Source of the DNA: Octopus sinensis
Lineage: Eukaryota
Assembly (NCBI RefSeq): GCF_006345805.1
Contig: NC_043008.1
Coordinates: forward strand, 5,146,001-5,210,000
Length of the DNA: 64,000 bases
Reading direction: 5' to 3'
The notes beneath the pieces were generated by a model that did not search any database, had not been told where the DNA came from, and saw only the letters and a program-made list of their open reading frames with translations. Made by a program: the position numbers and the translations under genes. Shown in pieces: positions 49,482-60,396 of the stretch (position 1 is its first letter; every line of letters begins with the position of its first letter).

Positions 49482-51007
49482 GGAACTATCAACTCAGATA
49501 GCTGGTCCCTCTGTTGGGTCAACATTCGGCAGACTCTCTTTATCCCATTCATTTTCCTCATTCAGCAACCTTTCATAGTGGCATCTCCAAGCTTCTCTCT
49601 TTGCATCCTCATTTAGCGCAAGTGAACCATCCTCCATGCGAACACATTTCTCTCCTACCACATCTCGATTCTCTCTCACACACTGTCTTGCAACACGAAA
49701 TACCTCAAGTCTTTCATCCTCACGGCGCAGGACATTGGCAAATTTTCTTTTATCTGCTTCCCCTCTGGCTAGATAGACCTGTCTCCTAGCTTCCCTTCTG
49801 GCAGTCTGATACACTTCCCTGCTACCACCATTCTTCCAGGCCTTCCAAGCCTGTTTCTTTTGTCTAATAGCCCTATCAACAATATTGTTCCACCACCATG
49901 TTATTTTGGGTCTTAAGGGGACTTTGCACTAGCCACAGATCTGGTCAGCGGCTTTCAGCAGGTTGTCCCTCAGAAACGTCCAGTTGTCTTCTACCCCATG
50001 TGTAGCTATACCCCCTTCCACTTCGTCAAAGGCTTCAAGTAACATATCTCTAAATCTCTGTCCATTCGCAGGGTCTTTAAGCTTCCAGACCCTTCTTCTC
50101 CATGTTGGTCGTCTTCTAGTTGCCCTCTTAGTCCTGATGTGTGCATTAAATGTTTTGGAAAGCAAAGGGTTGAATGGAACGATCCAGGCATTATCAACAT
50201 CAAATGTTTTTAGCCGTTGTCTAATTGTAGCTGTGCGGCCACCCAAACCTGGGTCACATATATGAAAGAGAGGACGGGAAAATGAAATATTTTGCAATGT
50301 AAACATGATTTGTTTTAAGAGAAAGATTGTCATGATTGTGTGTTGGTGGTGGCGATGATAATTATCATTAGGAAAAACATAAGTTGTGGCGATGATAATT
50401 CTAGACCCCTTTTCACATTTTGATGAAGAGAACCCGATTTCATTCGGGTCTACTGGGGCCACATATAGGTGTGTGTGTGTGTGTGCACGCTGTAGAAATT
50501 AAATTAGAGATCAAACCACTAATAGGGAAATGAAACAGTAAAAAAACAAAAACATAAAAATAAAAATATAATATTAGATATATGTATATATGTGTGTGTG
50601 TGTTGACAGGTAGACAATAGAATGCGATGGCGATGTAATATTTGTTTCTGTCTATGAACGCAGATAGATACATGAGTAAAATGTATAGGAAGCTAAGAGA
50701 TAGAGTGAGTGAAAATGTTCTTGGAAGAGAGGAAATAGCGAGAGAGTGATTTGAGGAAGACTTTACATTAAATAATGGTAGTGGCATTGTCAAATGAGGA
50801 GTGAGAGGGTACTAGAGGAAATAGGGTGAGTGAGGAAGATGGCCCCTAGCAACCACACCTTTTAAGATAGGGATTTCTAAGGTAGCCCACAAGCATCGTC
50901 ACCTCATTCTACATGTCCCTGTAAATTTTGGAGCGAATCGGACGGGATGTAGTGGCATTGAAAGCGATCCAAGCGGTAAAAACGCATTTCAGTTTTATAT
51001 ATAGAGA

Positions 51008-51433
51008 TATGTCTCTGAGGACAAACCCAATAGAATTAAATTTATGTCTAATAATTTTAAGATTAAGAATTCTATATACCAATGTAAAATTACTTCAGGT
51101 ACTGATGTCTCTTTCTATATTGGCACTTTTTCTTCCCAGTTATCTAAGAGAATTTCCAATCATTATTCTTCTTTTAGGGATAGCAGTAAATGCAATAGCA
51201 CAGGTCTTAGTAAATTGGTTTGGTATCTTAAAGACAACAATAAGGATTTTAAGTTAGATTGGTTCATCCTGTCCATATCGTTCCCTTATGACAAGGGCAA
51301 AGGATTTTGTAACATTTGCAACTCTGAACTCTTCTATATTCTCTTCTCTAAGAATCACCTTGTTAACACACTTATAGAGCGATCTTACAAATGTAAGCAC
51401 TGGCAGAAACATAACTTCAGCTCATATAAGTGA
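51008..51433 (+). CDS. Penelope-type GIY-YIG endonuclease domain (3' part of a PLE, cut off 5' by the Helitron)
   Basis: SIYQCKI..SFYIGT..KRISNH..STGLSKLVW..CNICNSE..KCKH. Stop-free from 51008. Probably not an independent gene. Confidence 0.75.
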   Translation, partial: YVSEDKPNRIKFMSNNFKIKNSIYQCKITSGTDVSFYIGTFSSQLSKRISNHYSSFRDSSKCNSTGLSKLVWYLKDNNKDFKLDWFILSISFPYDKGKGFCNICNSELFYILFSKNHLVNTLIERSYKCKHWQKHNFSSYK

Positions 51434-51723
51434 TTTATACCAGTCTGTATAGTTTGAACATTTAGTTCACTTTGCACTTTACTTCAATAGAGAAATCTAC
51501 TTCTAAGTCTTTGCACATTTTCCCAACCAACATATCCCTCTATATTTCTCCCTTATTTGTTCTCTACTTATTATTTCTTTATCCCTTCTCTTTCTATGGT
51601 CTACCTTTGACGTCAGATCTACTAACGGTTATTTTTTTAAATACTTAATAGCATTCTGTTTATCATTTATGCAGTCATCAAAATTGTTGTAATGTCTTGT
51701 TGTTGAGATGGGTTCTCTTTCAA

Positions 51724-51802
51724 TTCCTGATGAGATTACATTATTATACACTATTTATTCCTTCGGAATAAAACCAATGTTGTCTTCGAAACATATGTCG
51801 AA
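51724..51802 (+). ncRNA. Minimal type I hammerhead ribozyme motif
   Basis: TTC-CTGATGA-GA...(internal hairpin TTTATTC/GAATAAA)...TC-GAAA-CATATG-TC-GAA. Predicted cleavage after GUC at 51799. Confidence 0.8.
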
Positions 51803-52006
51803 AGTAAAAGAATTTGAATAACATCTGCATTCAACCCCATTTATTTACTTATACTACACACATTACTGCACATTAACCCGGAGTTTCTACCTTTGAATAG
51901 GTCGCTACATCTTTGTTACTTGCGTGAATTTCGCTACCCTGGTAACTGTTTATTGAATTTTCCATGTTAACGGCAAACAAAGGATAATTCATTCATCCAT
52001 TTACAT

Positions 52007-52073
<67 letters not shown>

Positions 52074-52160
52074 CATATATATAGGTACTGTAATTTAGGG
52101 CGAATACTTGATAAGTGTAGGCACCTGTATATGCCAGATAGTGGCAGAGATGAGAGAGAA

Positions 52161-52366
52161 TATATCAAATAAAATTAAAAACAGAACACAAAGGATATCG
52201 CGGTACATGTGTTTCAAGCTTTATAAACAATCCATTATTACATCAGTGTATTATTGATATAAAATAATATCAATAATACACTGATGTAATAACAGATTGT
52301 TTATAAAGCTTGAAACACGTGTACCATGATATCCTTCATGTTCTGTTTTTCATTTTATTTGATATA
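52161..52366. repeat. Palindrome with 100-bp arms carrying a degenerate hammerhead-like core
   Basis: Arms 52161-52260 and 52267-52366. The right arm has CTGATGT...GAAA-CACGTG-TA. Confidence 0.9.
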
Positions 52367-52406
52367 TATATATATAAAAGAGAAGAAAGATATATTTTTC
52401 AACAGT

Positions 52407-52760
52407 ATATATAAAGGATAAAATCCTGTTAAGAGTAGAAAAATTTGCTGGCAACCAGCCATAAGGCTTGAACTCACACCCCTCCAATATCCAGTTGGAG
52501 TGCTTTACCCTTTAGGCCAAACTGCCGACCGACGAATTCTTCTGCAATTTTAGAAGTTATAAAGTCATTCAGAAATGCTAGATGGTATATAGATTTCATC
52601 AGATGTAAACAGTCATAAGTTTGTTTTAGAATTAACCAGTCGACAGTTTAGCTTAAGGGTAGAGCACTCCAATCAGATATTGGAGGGGTGTCAGTTCGAT
52701 CCTCATGGCTGGTTGCTGGGAAATTGCTCTGCTCTTAAAAAGATTTTATCCTTTATATAT
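52407..52760. repeat. Foldback with two inverted tRNA-like arms
   Basis: The right arm has A-box-like TAGCTTAAGGG, stem CTCCAAT/ATTGGAG and B-box-like AGTTCGATCC. The left arm is its diverged reverse complement. Confidence 0.8.
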
Positions 52761-52762
52761 AT

Positions 52763-53072
52763 CACTGTGATTACTGTGACCAACCAGGCTATCAGGTGTT
52801 GCAACGTATCGCTGGTCACAATGCGCTTCACATTGTTTTAGCCTTCAAATGACACCACCCTGCTGGCTAAGTGAGCAGGCCAACAGAAGAAAGAGTGAGG
52901 GAAAGTTGTGGCGAAAGAATACAGCAGGGATCGTCACAACCCTCTGCCGGAGCCTCGTGGAGCTTTAGGTGTTTTCGCTTAATAAACACTCACAACGCCT
53001 GGTCTGGGAATCGAAACCGTGATCCTACGACTGCGAGTTCGCTGCCCTAGCCACTGGGCCATTGCGCCTTCC
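52763..53072 (-). mobile_element. tRNA-derived SINE (family 3)
   Basis: Minus-strand head GGCGCAATGGCCCAGTGG..GGTTTCGATTCCC. Confidence 0.75.
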
Positions 53073-53395
53073 CTTCATATATATACTGTTCAGTATTTAC
53101 ATGTTGAAAAAATATATTTTTCTACTTGTACTACAATACATTTGAACGCTTCAAAGGAAAAAAAAACTTGTTTATTTACATTTGACGTTATATAAAAAAG
53201 AGTTTGTATATGTGTGTGTGTGTTCTTTATGCATTCTAAAACCGAGTCACTGATTTTGACATATGGGGTATCAAAAGATTCTGTACTATTTCCACTATCA
53301 ACTAAACTTTATTTTCATTCACATATTTGCATTACAAAAATTTAACATTCTAATCTTTGCCATAAGTCAACTATTGTAAACATTTTATACGACGA

Positions 53396-53795
53396 CATCA
53401 TCATCATCGTTTAACATCCATTTTCCATGCTAGCATGGGTTGGATGGTTCGACCGGGGTCTGGGAAGCCAGGAGGCTGCACCAGGCTCCAGTCTGATCTG
53501 GCAGTGTTTCTACAGCTAGATGCCCTTCCTAATGCCAACCACTCCATGAGTGTAGTGGGTGCTTTTTATGTGCCACCAAGCACATGTGCCAGGCGAGGCT
53601 GGCAACGGCCACAATTGGTTGGTGCTTTTTATGTGTCACTGGCATGGAAGCGAGTCGAGGCGGCACTGGCAACGGCTATGTTCGGATGGTGCTTTTTACG
53701 TGCCACCAGCACTGGTATCACAACTATAATTTCCACTGATTTTTTTATTGATTTCGATTTCACTTGCCTCAACAGGTCTTCGCAAGCAGTGGCTA
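53396..53795 (-). mobile_element. RTE LINE 3' end copy
   Basis: Conserved tail with (CAT)n on the plus strand. Confidence 0.88.
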
Positions 53796-54021
53796 CATCA
53801 TCACATTTTCTATTTGAGTATCTTAAAAGGCATCCATCATCATGACATACACCTTCATTCATTCACTCTGTCTTTCTCTGTCTCTCTCTCTCTCGCACAC
53901 ACACACACACACACACATCCATTTCATATACACGTACATACATCTCTTACTTTCTCATCTCCATCACTTTCTGTTCTCTCTCTTCTTTTCACTTTCTCTT
54001 TTCTTTCAGTTTCTGCTCTCT

Positions 54022-54805
54022 TCATCATCATCATCATCGTTTGACATTCGCTTTCCATGCTAGCATGGGTTGGACGATTTTGACTGAGGGCTGGCGAACC
54101 AGATGGCCGCACCAGGCTCCAATCTTGATCTGGCAGAGTTTCTACAGTTGGATGCGCTTTCTAATGCCAACCACTCCGAGAGTGTAGTGGATTCTTTTTA
54201 CGTGCCACGGCACGGGGGCCAGTCAGGCGGTACTGGCAATGACCTCGCTCAAATCTTTTTACACATGCCACTGGCACAGGTGCCAGTAAGGCAACATTGG
54301 TAACGATCACGCTCGAATGGTGCCCTTTTACGTGCCACTGGCACGGACGCCATTTAGCTGCTCTGTCAAACGATCATGCTCGAATGGTGCCCTTTTACAT
54401 TCCACTGGCACAAAGCCAGCTGGCTGCTCTGGCAACGAGCACGCTTGGATGGTGCTCTTAGCCCCCTTCTAGCACGGGCTCAAGTGCCAGTAAGACAACG
54501 CTGGTAACGATCAAGCTCAAATGGTGCCCTTTTATGTGCCACTGGCATGGAAGCCGGTTAGCCGCTTTGTCAACGATCACACTCGTATGGTGCTCTCTGC
54601 ATCCTGCTAGCACGGATGCCAATCATTGAATTTGATTTTGATTTCACTAGCCTCAACAGGTCTTCGCAAGCAGAGTTTTAGTGTCTAAAGAAGAAAAAGG
54701 TATGCATAAGCGGGCTGGTTATGCTCCTGGCATAGGCCACAAGTTATGGTCTCATTTTATAGGCCGCAGGTTATGGTCTCATTTGGCTTGCCAGGTCTTC
54801 TCAAG
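54022..54805 (-). mobile_element. RTE LINE 3' end copy (longer)
   Basis: Conserved tail plus GTGCC-N3-GGCAC repeats. Confidence 0.88.
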
Positions 54806-55292
54806 CACTATATAATTTTTGGCTGAGTGCTAAATTACAACTCAAATCCTATGGAAATTACCGTTTCCTATTCTGTCGTTGCTGTTTGTGATGACCCTAT
54901 TTCAAAGCCTGATTTTCCACTTAAACTTACAAGGAAGTTATCTCAGAAATCCTGTCCTTTACCTCTTGTTTCTAGCATGTCTGAGATGACATTTGATTAC
55001 CCTACTCCTTATTTCTTTCCTCAATTTACTCACATTCCTATGTTTTCCATACAAGAGATTTGCATTTCACCTGAAAGCGGGTAGCTGATGGGTGGCCAAG
55101 GTGGGGGAAGAGGCATTCACTATTTCTTTCAGAAAAAAATTAAACTTTTAAAAACAAATTATATTTCTTACATTCGTAGTCTGTATTTTTCCATGTGGAT
55201 AGAAAACAAAATTTGAAAAGCAGTAAAAAATTAGGAAAATTCAGTGGGGAGAGAGGAAATTATAATTTTGAAAATGTGATTTCTGGGCAAAA

Positions 55293-55768
55293 TCATATTA
55301 ACCCCTTTTTATTTGATGAAATAAATATCAAATGGAAATTGTAGTTATGATTCCTGTGCTGGTGGCACACAAAAAGCACCATCCAAACGTGGCTGATGCC
55401 AGCGCCGCCTTGACTGGCTTCTGTGCCGGTGGCACATGACCTGCTGTGCCTGAGGAGACCTATTGAGTCAAGTACATCAACATCAAAATAAATATCAAAT
55501 GGAAATTGTAGTTGTGATACCTGTGCCGGTGGCACGTAAAAAGCACCAACTGATCGTGGCCGATGCCGGCCTTCTCTGGCACCTGTGCCAATGGCACATA
55601 AAAACCACCCACTACACTCACGGAGTGGTTGGCATTAGGAAGGGCATCCATCTGTAGAAACTCTGCTGGATCAGACTGGAGCCTGGTGCAGCCTCCTGGC
55701 TTCCCAGACCCCGGTCGAACCAACCAACCCGTGCTAGCATGGAAAAAGGACGTTAAATGATGATGATG
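55293..55768 (+). mobile_element. RTE LINE 3' end copy
   Basis: Conserved tail ending in (GAT)n. Confidence 0.88.
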
Positions 55769-55837
55769 AAACAAGGGCCACAAACAAAACTACCTCTATT
55801 AGTGCTCAAGAAAACTCACTTCAGTGATGCCCAAATG

Positions 55838-56085
55838 GGCAACATTTCAAAGTGATCACCGACGGCGGAAGTTCTACTCCAAATTACACTTATTTTCTGG
55901 GATGAATGCACAATAGCACACTGTGGTGCACTAGAAGCCTTAGATAGGTCACTAAGGGATATTAGAAACAATTCTGCTGTTATGGGGGGGGGAGGGTAAC
56001 TGTTGTCCACACAGGAGATTTGTCATACCATGGGGAACGTGAGCTATTGAGATCTATGCATGTCTGGAGTCTTCACCTCTGTGGA
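55838..56085 (+). pseudogene. Helitron helicase fragment
   Basis: AEVLLQITLIFWDECTIAHCGALEALDRSLRDIRNN..MGG, with a stop and frameshift. Confidence 0.75.
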
Positions 56086-56094
56086 AGTTTCTTA

Positions 56095-56322
56095 TTTCTT
56101 TATTGCCCACTATGGGGCTAAACACAGAAGGAACAAACAAGAACAGACAGAGGAATTAAGTCGATTACATCGACCCCAGTGCATAACTGGTACTTATTTA
56201 ATCTACCCCGAAAGGATGAAAGGCAAAGTCGACCTCGGTGGAATTTGAACTCAGAATGTAACGGCAGACGAAATATGGCTATGCATTTTGCCCTGCGTGC
56301 TAACGTTTCTGCCAGCTCGCAA
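56095..56322 (-). mobile_element. tRNA-derived SINE (family 2)
   Basis: Matches 40326-40553. Confidence 0.85.
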
Positions 56323-56701
56323 TGGAAATGCAGTTTAATGCATTTTCATTAAACTTTTGGTCATGTCTCTTGACCCCTTACAAAACCTCCAACACTAGCA
56401 GAAGGTAGGCAGTATCAGATTTACCCAGAAGTTTGGCAGGCTGATATTCAAAATCTAGGGGGCATCTGGCCAAAGTACATATATAATTCTTGTTGTAAGA
56501 GCAGGTATTTGAAGGAGGAGCTTCACAAGTGGAATAGCCATTGGGCCTGTCTTTATCTAAACCTGACACTTGAAGGAGGAAGGTATTCTCAAACTGTGAA
56601 CCTGTCATAAGCACTTGCAGCAAATTGGTCTCTGTTAAGGACACTCAATGACCAAGTGCAGTGTTGAAGGAGGTCTACCACTCAGTAAACTGCAGCTGGA
56701 T

Positions 56702-57135
56702 TTGATAATAATAATGAAATTATTGTATACAGTGCTCAGGTGCATCACAACTTGTCAAAAGTGCATATAGAGCATATGCAGTACAAATGTCTGGAAAGGG
56801 AACAGTGTATGAGTCAGATACATGCTTGCGTGTGTATGGAGGGGAGAAAATCAGGTGTAGTGTTGGTGAATCTCAGGAAGCATGGAAGTTTTGAAGGATA
56901 CAGTACTCTGACAACTAACAACTGATGCTGGCAGTTTGTTCCTTGCTTCAGCAATTCTTAGCGTGAAAAAATGTTTCTGAAAGTCATGGGAGCTGTGCTG
57001 TTTTCTGACTTTGTAAACATGTCCACGGGTGTTAGACAGGTGGAGTTTGTAAAGGTGCTCAGAGTTATTGTTTGTAAGATGGTTAATAATTTTATGGGTG
57101 TCTGCTAAGCCATGGCAAATGCCTGATGCACAAAG
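56702..57135 (-). mobile_element. CR1-clade LINE 3' end
   Basis: THKIINHLTNNNSEHL..NTRGHVYKVRKQ with an (ATT)n tail. Confidence 0.85.
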
Positions 57136-57539
57136 ACCCAAAACAAACACTGCAAGCTATCTCCTCCGATGCTCTAACATTTCTTCTAGTCCACTGCATT
57201 AAATTGAGACTTTATTTATTGACCCAAGAAAGATGAAAGGCAAAGCTGCTCTTAGCAGGATTTGAACTGAGAATACAAGAAACCTGAATAGATATGACAA
57301 GTATTTTGTCTGATGGTTTAACAATTTTACCAATTTACCTCATTAAAAATCTTGGGATTAAATCCTTTCATAGGTCTGTGTCAATTGAAGCAAGACTATA
57401 TCTAGGGATAAAATTTTCCCTTTAAAGCAAAATGACAAACATTTCCTTTGACAGGTGTGGGGGTTGTATGAAGTAGTGGTATGACATAGTGGCACCAATG
57501 GAAATTTAGTCTTTACATTGTTGTTGTTGTTGGGTGCCA

Positions 57540-58046
57540 AGAGCACAATCCGAGCGTGATCGTTGCTAGATTAGCCAACCGGCTTCCGTGCCAGTGGCAC
57601 GTAAAAGGGCACCATTCGAGAGTGATCATTACCAAAGTCGCCTTACTGGCACTTGTGCCCATGCTAGTAGGGTACCAACTGCACCATCTGAGCGTGATTG
57701 TTGCAAGAGCAGCCAGCTGGCTTCCATGCCAGTGGCATGTAAAAGGGCACCTTCAAGCATGATCATTACCAATGTCGCCTTACTGGCACCTGTGCTGTTG
57801 GCATATGTAAAAAGATTCGAGTGAGGTCATTGCCAGTACCGCCTGACTGGCCCCCGTGCCGATGGCACATAAAAAGCACCCACTACACTCTCAGAGTGGT
57901 TGATGTTAGGGAGGGCATCCAGCTGTAGAAACTCTGCCAGATCAAGATTGGAGCCTGGTGCAGCCATCTGGTTTGCGAGCCATCAGTCAAAATCGTCCAA
58001 CCCATGCTAGCATGGAAAATGGACGTTAAATGATGGTGATGATGAT
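57540..58046 (+). mobile_element. RTE LINE 3' end copy
   Basis: Conserved tail ending in (GAT)n. Confidence 0.88.
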
Positions 58047-58602
58047 GTTGCTGCTTAGCCCCAGTTTGGCTGTGATTGAGCAGAGACCTATGATTAAAAA
58101 CATTCTAGCCATGCAACCCTCCTACTTTTTTTGAGTCACAGTATATCTAGGATAGTATTATCTGATATGCCTTCCTTTTTTTAAAATATAGTAATGGATA
58201 GAGGATGTTGCTGCTATTTCTGGCAGGTCTGATGACTATGTAGAAGTTTTCCATTGCTCATTTGTGTTCTTGTTGTATATATCAAAGCAACATGTCCATC
58301 TGTTGGTACTCCTCCATGTCCAATCTCTACTCACCAGAGCAGTTAGTAACATCACTGCAAGGCAATAAAACAATAATCAGTCACACAATGCTCCCTCTGC
58401 TAACAATAAGGAATTCCTAAAAAGGAACCTCAACATCAGCAGGTCACAACCTGGGGGTGTCTGAAGAAAGTACCGGGCATCCATGAGTTGAGTTCAAAAT
58501 GTATTAAGTAATAACAGACTTTTCAAAAGTCTGGGTTCTTGGGAAAATCTATTTCAGTAAAAGAGGTCTTAGGTAGTGAAATGTCTGAGTAGCTATATAT
58601 TT

Positions 58603-59040
58603 CATCATCATCGTTTAACATCCGTTTTCCATGCTAGCATGGGTTGGACGGTTTGACTGGGGTCTGGGAAGCCAGGTGGCTGCACCAGGTTCCAGTCAGA
58701 TCTGGCAATGTTTCTACAGCTGGATGCCCTTCCTAACACCAACAACTCCGTGAGTGTAGTGGGTGCTTTTTATGTTCCACTGGCACGGGTGCCAGGTGAG
58801 GCTGGCAACGGCCATGATTGGTTGGTGCTTTTTACGGGCCACCAGCAATGAAGCCAGTCAAGGCGGCGCTGGCATCGGCCACGTATGGATGGTGCTTTTT
58901 AGGTGCCACCGGCACAGGCGCCGGAGTAGGCTGGCAACGGCCACGATTGGTTGGTGATTTTACGTCCCACCGGCACGGAACCCAGTCAAGGCGGGGCTGG
59001 CATTTGCGACGTACGGATGGTGCTTTTTACATGCCATCAG
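58603..59040 (-). mobile_element. RTE LINE 3' end copy
   Basis: Conserved tail with (CAT)n on the plus strand. Confidence 0.88.
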
Positions 59041-59046
59041 CACAGG

Positions 59047-59477
59047 GGAGACTTTTTTACTCTTTTACTTGTTTCAGTCACTTGACTGCGGCCATGCTGG
59101 AGCACCACCTTTACTTGAGCAAATCGACCCCAGAACTTATTCTTTGTAAGCTTAGTACTTATTCTATCAATCTCTTTTGCTGAACTGCTAGGTGACGGGG
59201 ATGTAAACACACCAGCATTGGTTGTCAAGCGAAGTTGGTGGGGACAAACACAGACACACAAACACACACATGCATATATATATATATATATATATATACA
59301 TACACATATATATGATGGGCTTCTTTCAGTTTCCGTCTACTAAATCCACTCACAAGGCTTTGGTCGGCCCGAGGCTATAGTAGAAGACATTTGGCCAAGG
59401 TGCCACACAGTGGGACTGAACCCAGAACCATGTGGTTGGTAAGCAAGCTACTTACTACACAGCCACTCCTGCGCCTA
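59047..59477 (-). mobile_element. tRNA-derived SINE (family 1), full length
   Basis: Same family as 2458-2838. Confidence 0.88.
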
Positions 59478-59639
59478 TATAAATATATATATATTTGTTC
59501 AGGGTTTTATTCTAATCCTTTACTATTTAAACTGGTCATATCTGGCCCAAATATTCTTATCTGTTTCATGTTCAAAGTGGCAGATCTGGCCTCTTACAAC
59601 TACCCTGCAATGTCATTTTTAAAATAATTAATCACATCA

Positions 59640-59796
59640 TTGAGCGGCTGTGTGGTCAGTAGCTTGCTTACCAACCACATGGTTCCAGGTCCAGTCCCAC
59701 TGCATGGCACCTTGGGCAAGTGTCTTCTACTGTAGCCTCGGGCTGACCAAAGCCTTGTGAGTGGATTTGGTAGACGGAAATTGAAAGAAGCCCGTC

Positions 59797-59831
<35 letters not shown>

Positions 59832-60352
59832 TGCAGTAGTGGCTGTGTGGTAAGTAGGTTGCTTACCAACCCCACGGTTCCGGGTTCAGTTCCACTGCGT
59901 GGCACCTTGGGCAAGTGTCTTCTACTATAGCCTCGGGCCGACCAAAGCCTTGTGAGTGGATTTAGTAGACGGAAACTGAAAGAAGCCCATCATATATATG
60001 TATATATATAGGCATAGGAGTGGCCGTGTGGTAAGTAGCTTGCTTACCAACCACATGGTTCCAGGTTCAGTCCCACTGCATGGCACCTTGGGCAAGTGTC
60101 TTCTACTATAGCCTCGGGCTGACCAAAGCCTTGTGAGTGGATTTGGTAGATGGAAACTGAAAGAAGCCCATCGTATATATGTATATATATAGGCATAGGA
60201 GTGGCTGTGTGGTAAGTAGCTTGCTAACCAACCACATGGTTCCAGGTTCAGTCCCACTGCATGGCACCTTGGGCAAGTGTCTTCTACTATAGCCTTGGGC
60301 TGACCAAAGCCTTGTGAGTGGATTTGGTAGACGGAAACTGAAAAATCCCATC

Positions 60353-60396
<44 letters not shown>

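Larger units (their letters stand above)
45327..50136 (-). mobile_element. 5'-truncated RTE-clade LINE, 4.8 kb, with an expanded repetitive 3' UTR and (GAT)n tail
   Basis: One reading frame runs from 50136 through the RT with two nonsense codons (49929-49931 TAG, 49494-49496 TGA). Conserved tail at 45327-45500. 2-bp AT overlap at both junctions. Confidence 0.95.
42053..51007 (-). mobile_element. Large Helitron (Rep mostly deleted, helicase retained) split by an RTE LINE
   Basis: 3' hairpin ACCCGC-N7-GCGGGT (42066-42084) with CTAG|T at 42053. Probable 5' end A|TCTCTATATATAAAAC at 51007. Coding halves DNAWIVPFNPLLSKTFNAHI (50137-50250) and NVEYC onward (from 45326) rejoin. Confidence 0.8.

Noticed and set aside
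50249-50290. Polypyrimidine tract plus CAG just where Rep homology begins, suggesting exonisation of the Helitron/LINE into the kinase mRNA
   Set aside because: The acceptor is phase 1 whereas the upstream kinase exon ends in phase 2, and a simple deletion breakpoint explains it equally well.
52634-52720. Functional tRNA gene
   Set aside because: The anticodon loop size is irregular, the T arm is imperfect, and it is paired with a diverged inverted copy. Treated as a tRNA-derived repeat.
56378-56644. 88-aa ORF MSLTETNLLQ..
   Set aside because: No recognisable motif in any frame, and no splice signals compatible with the kinase.
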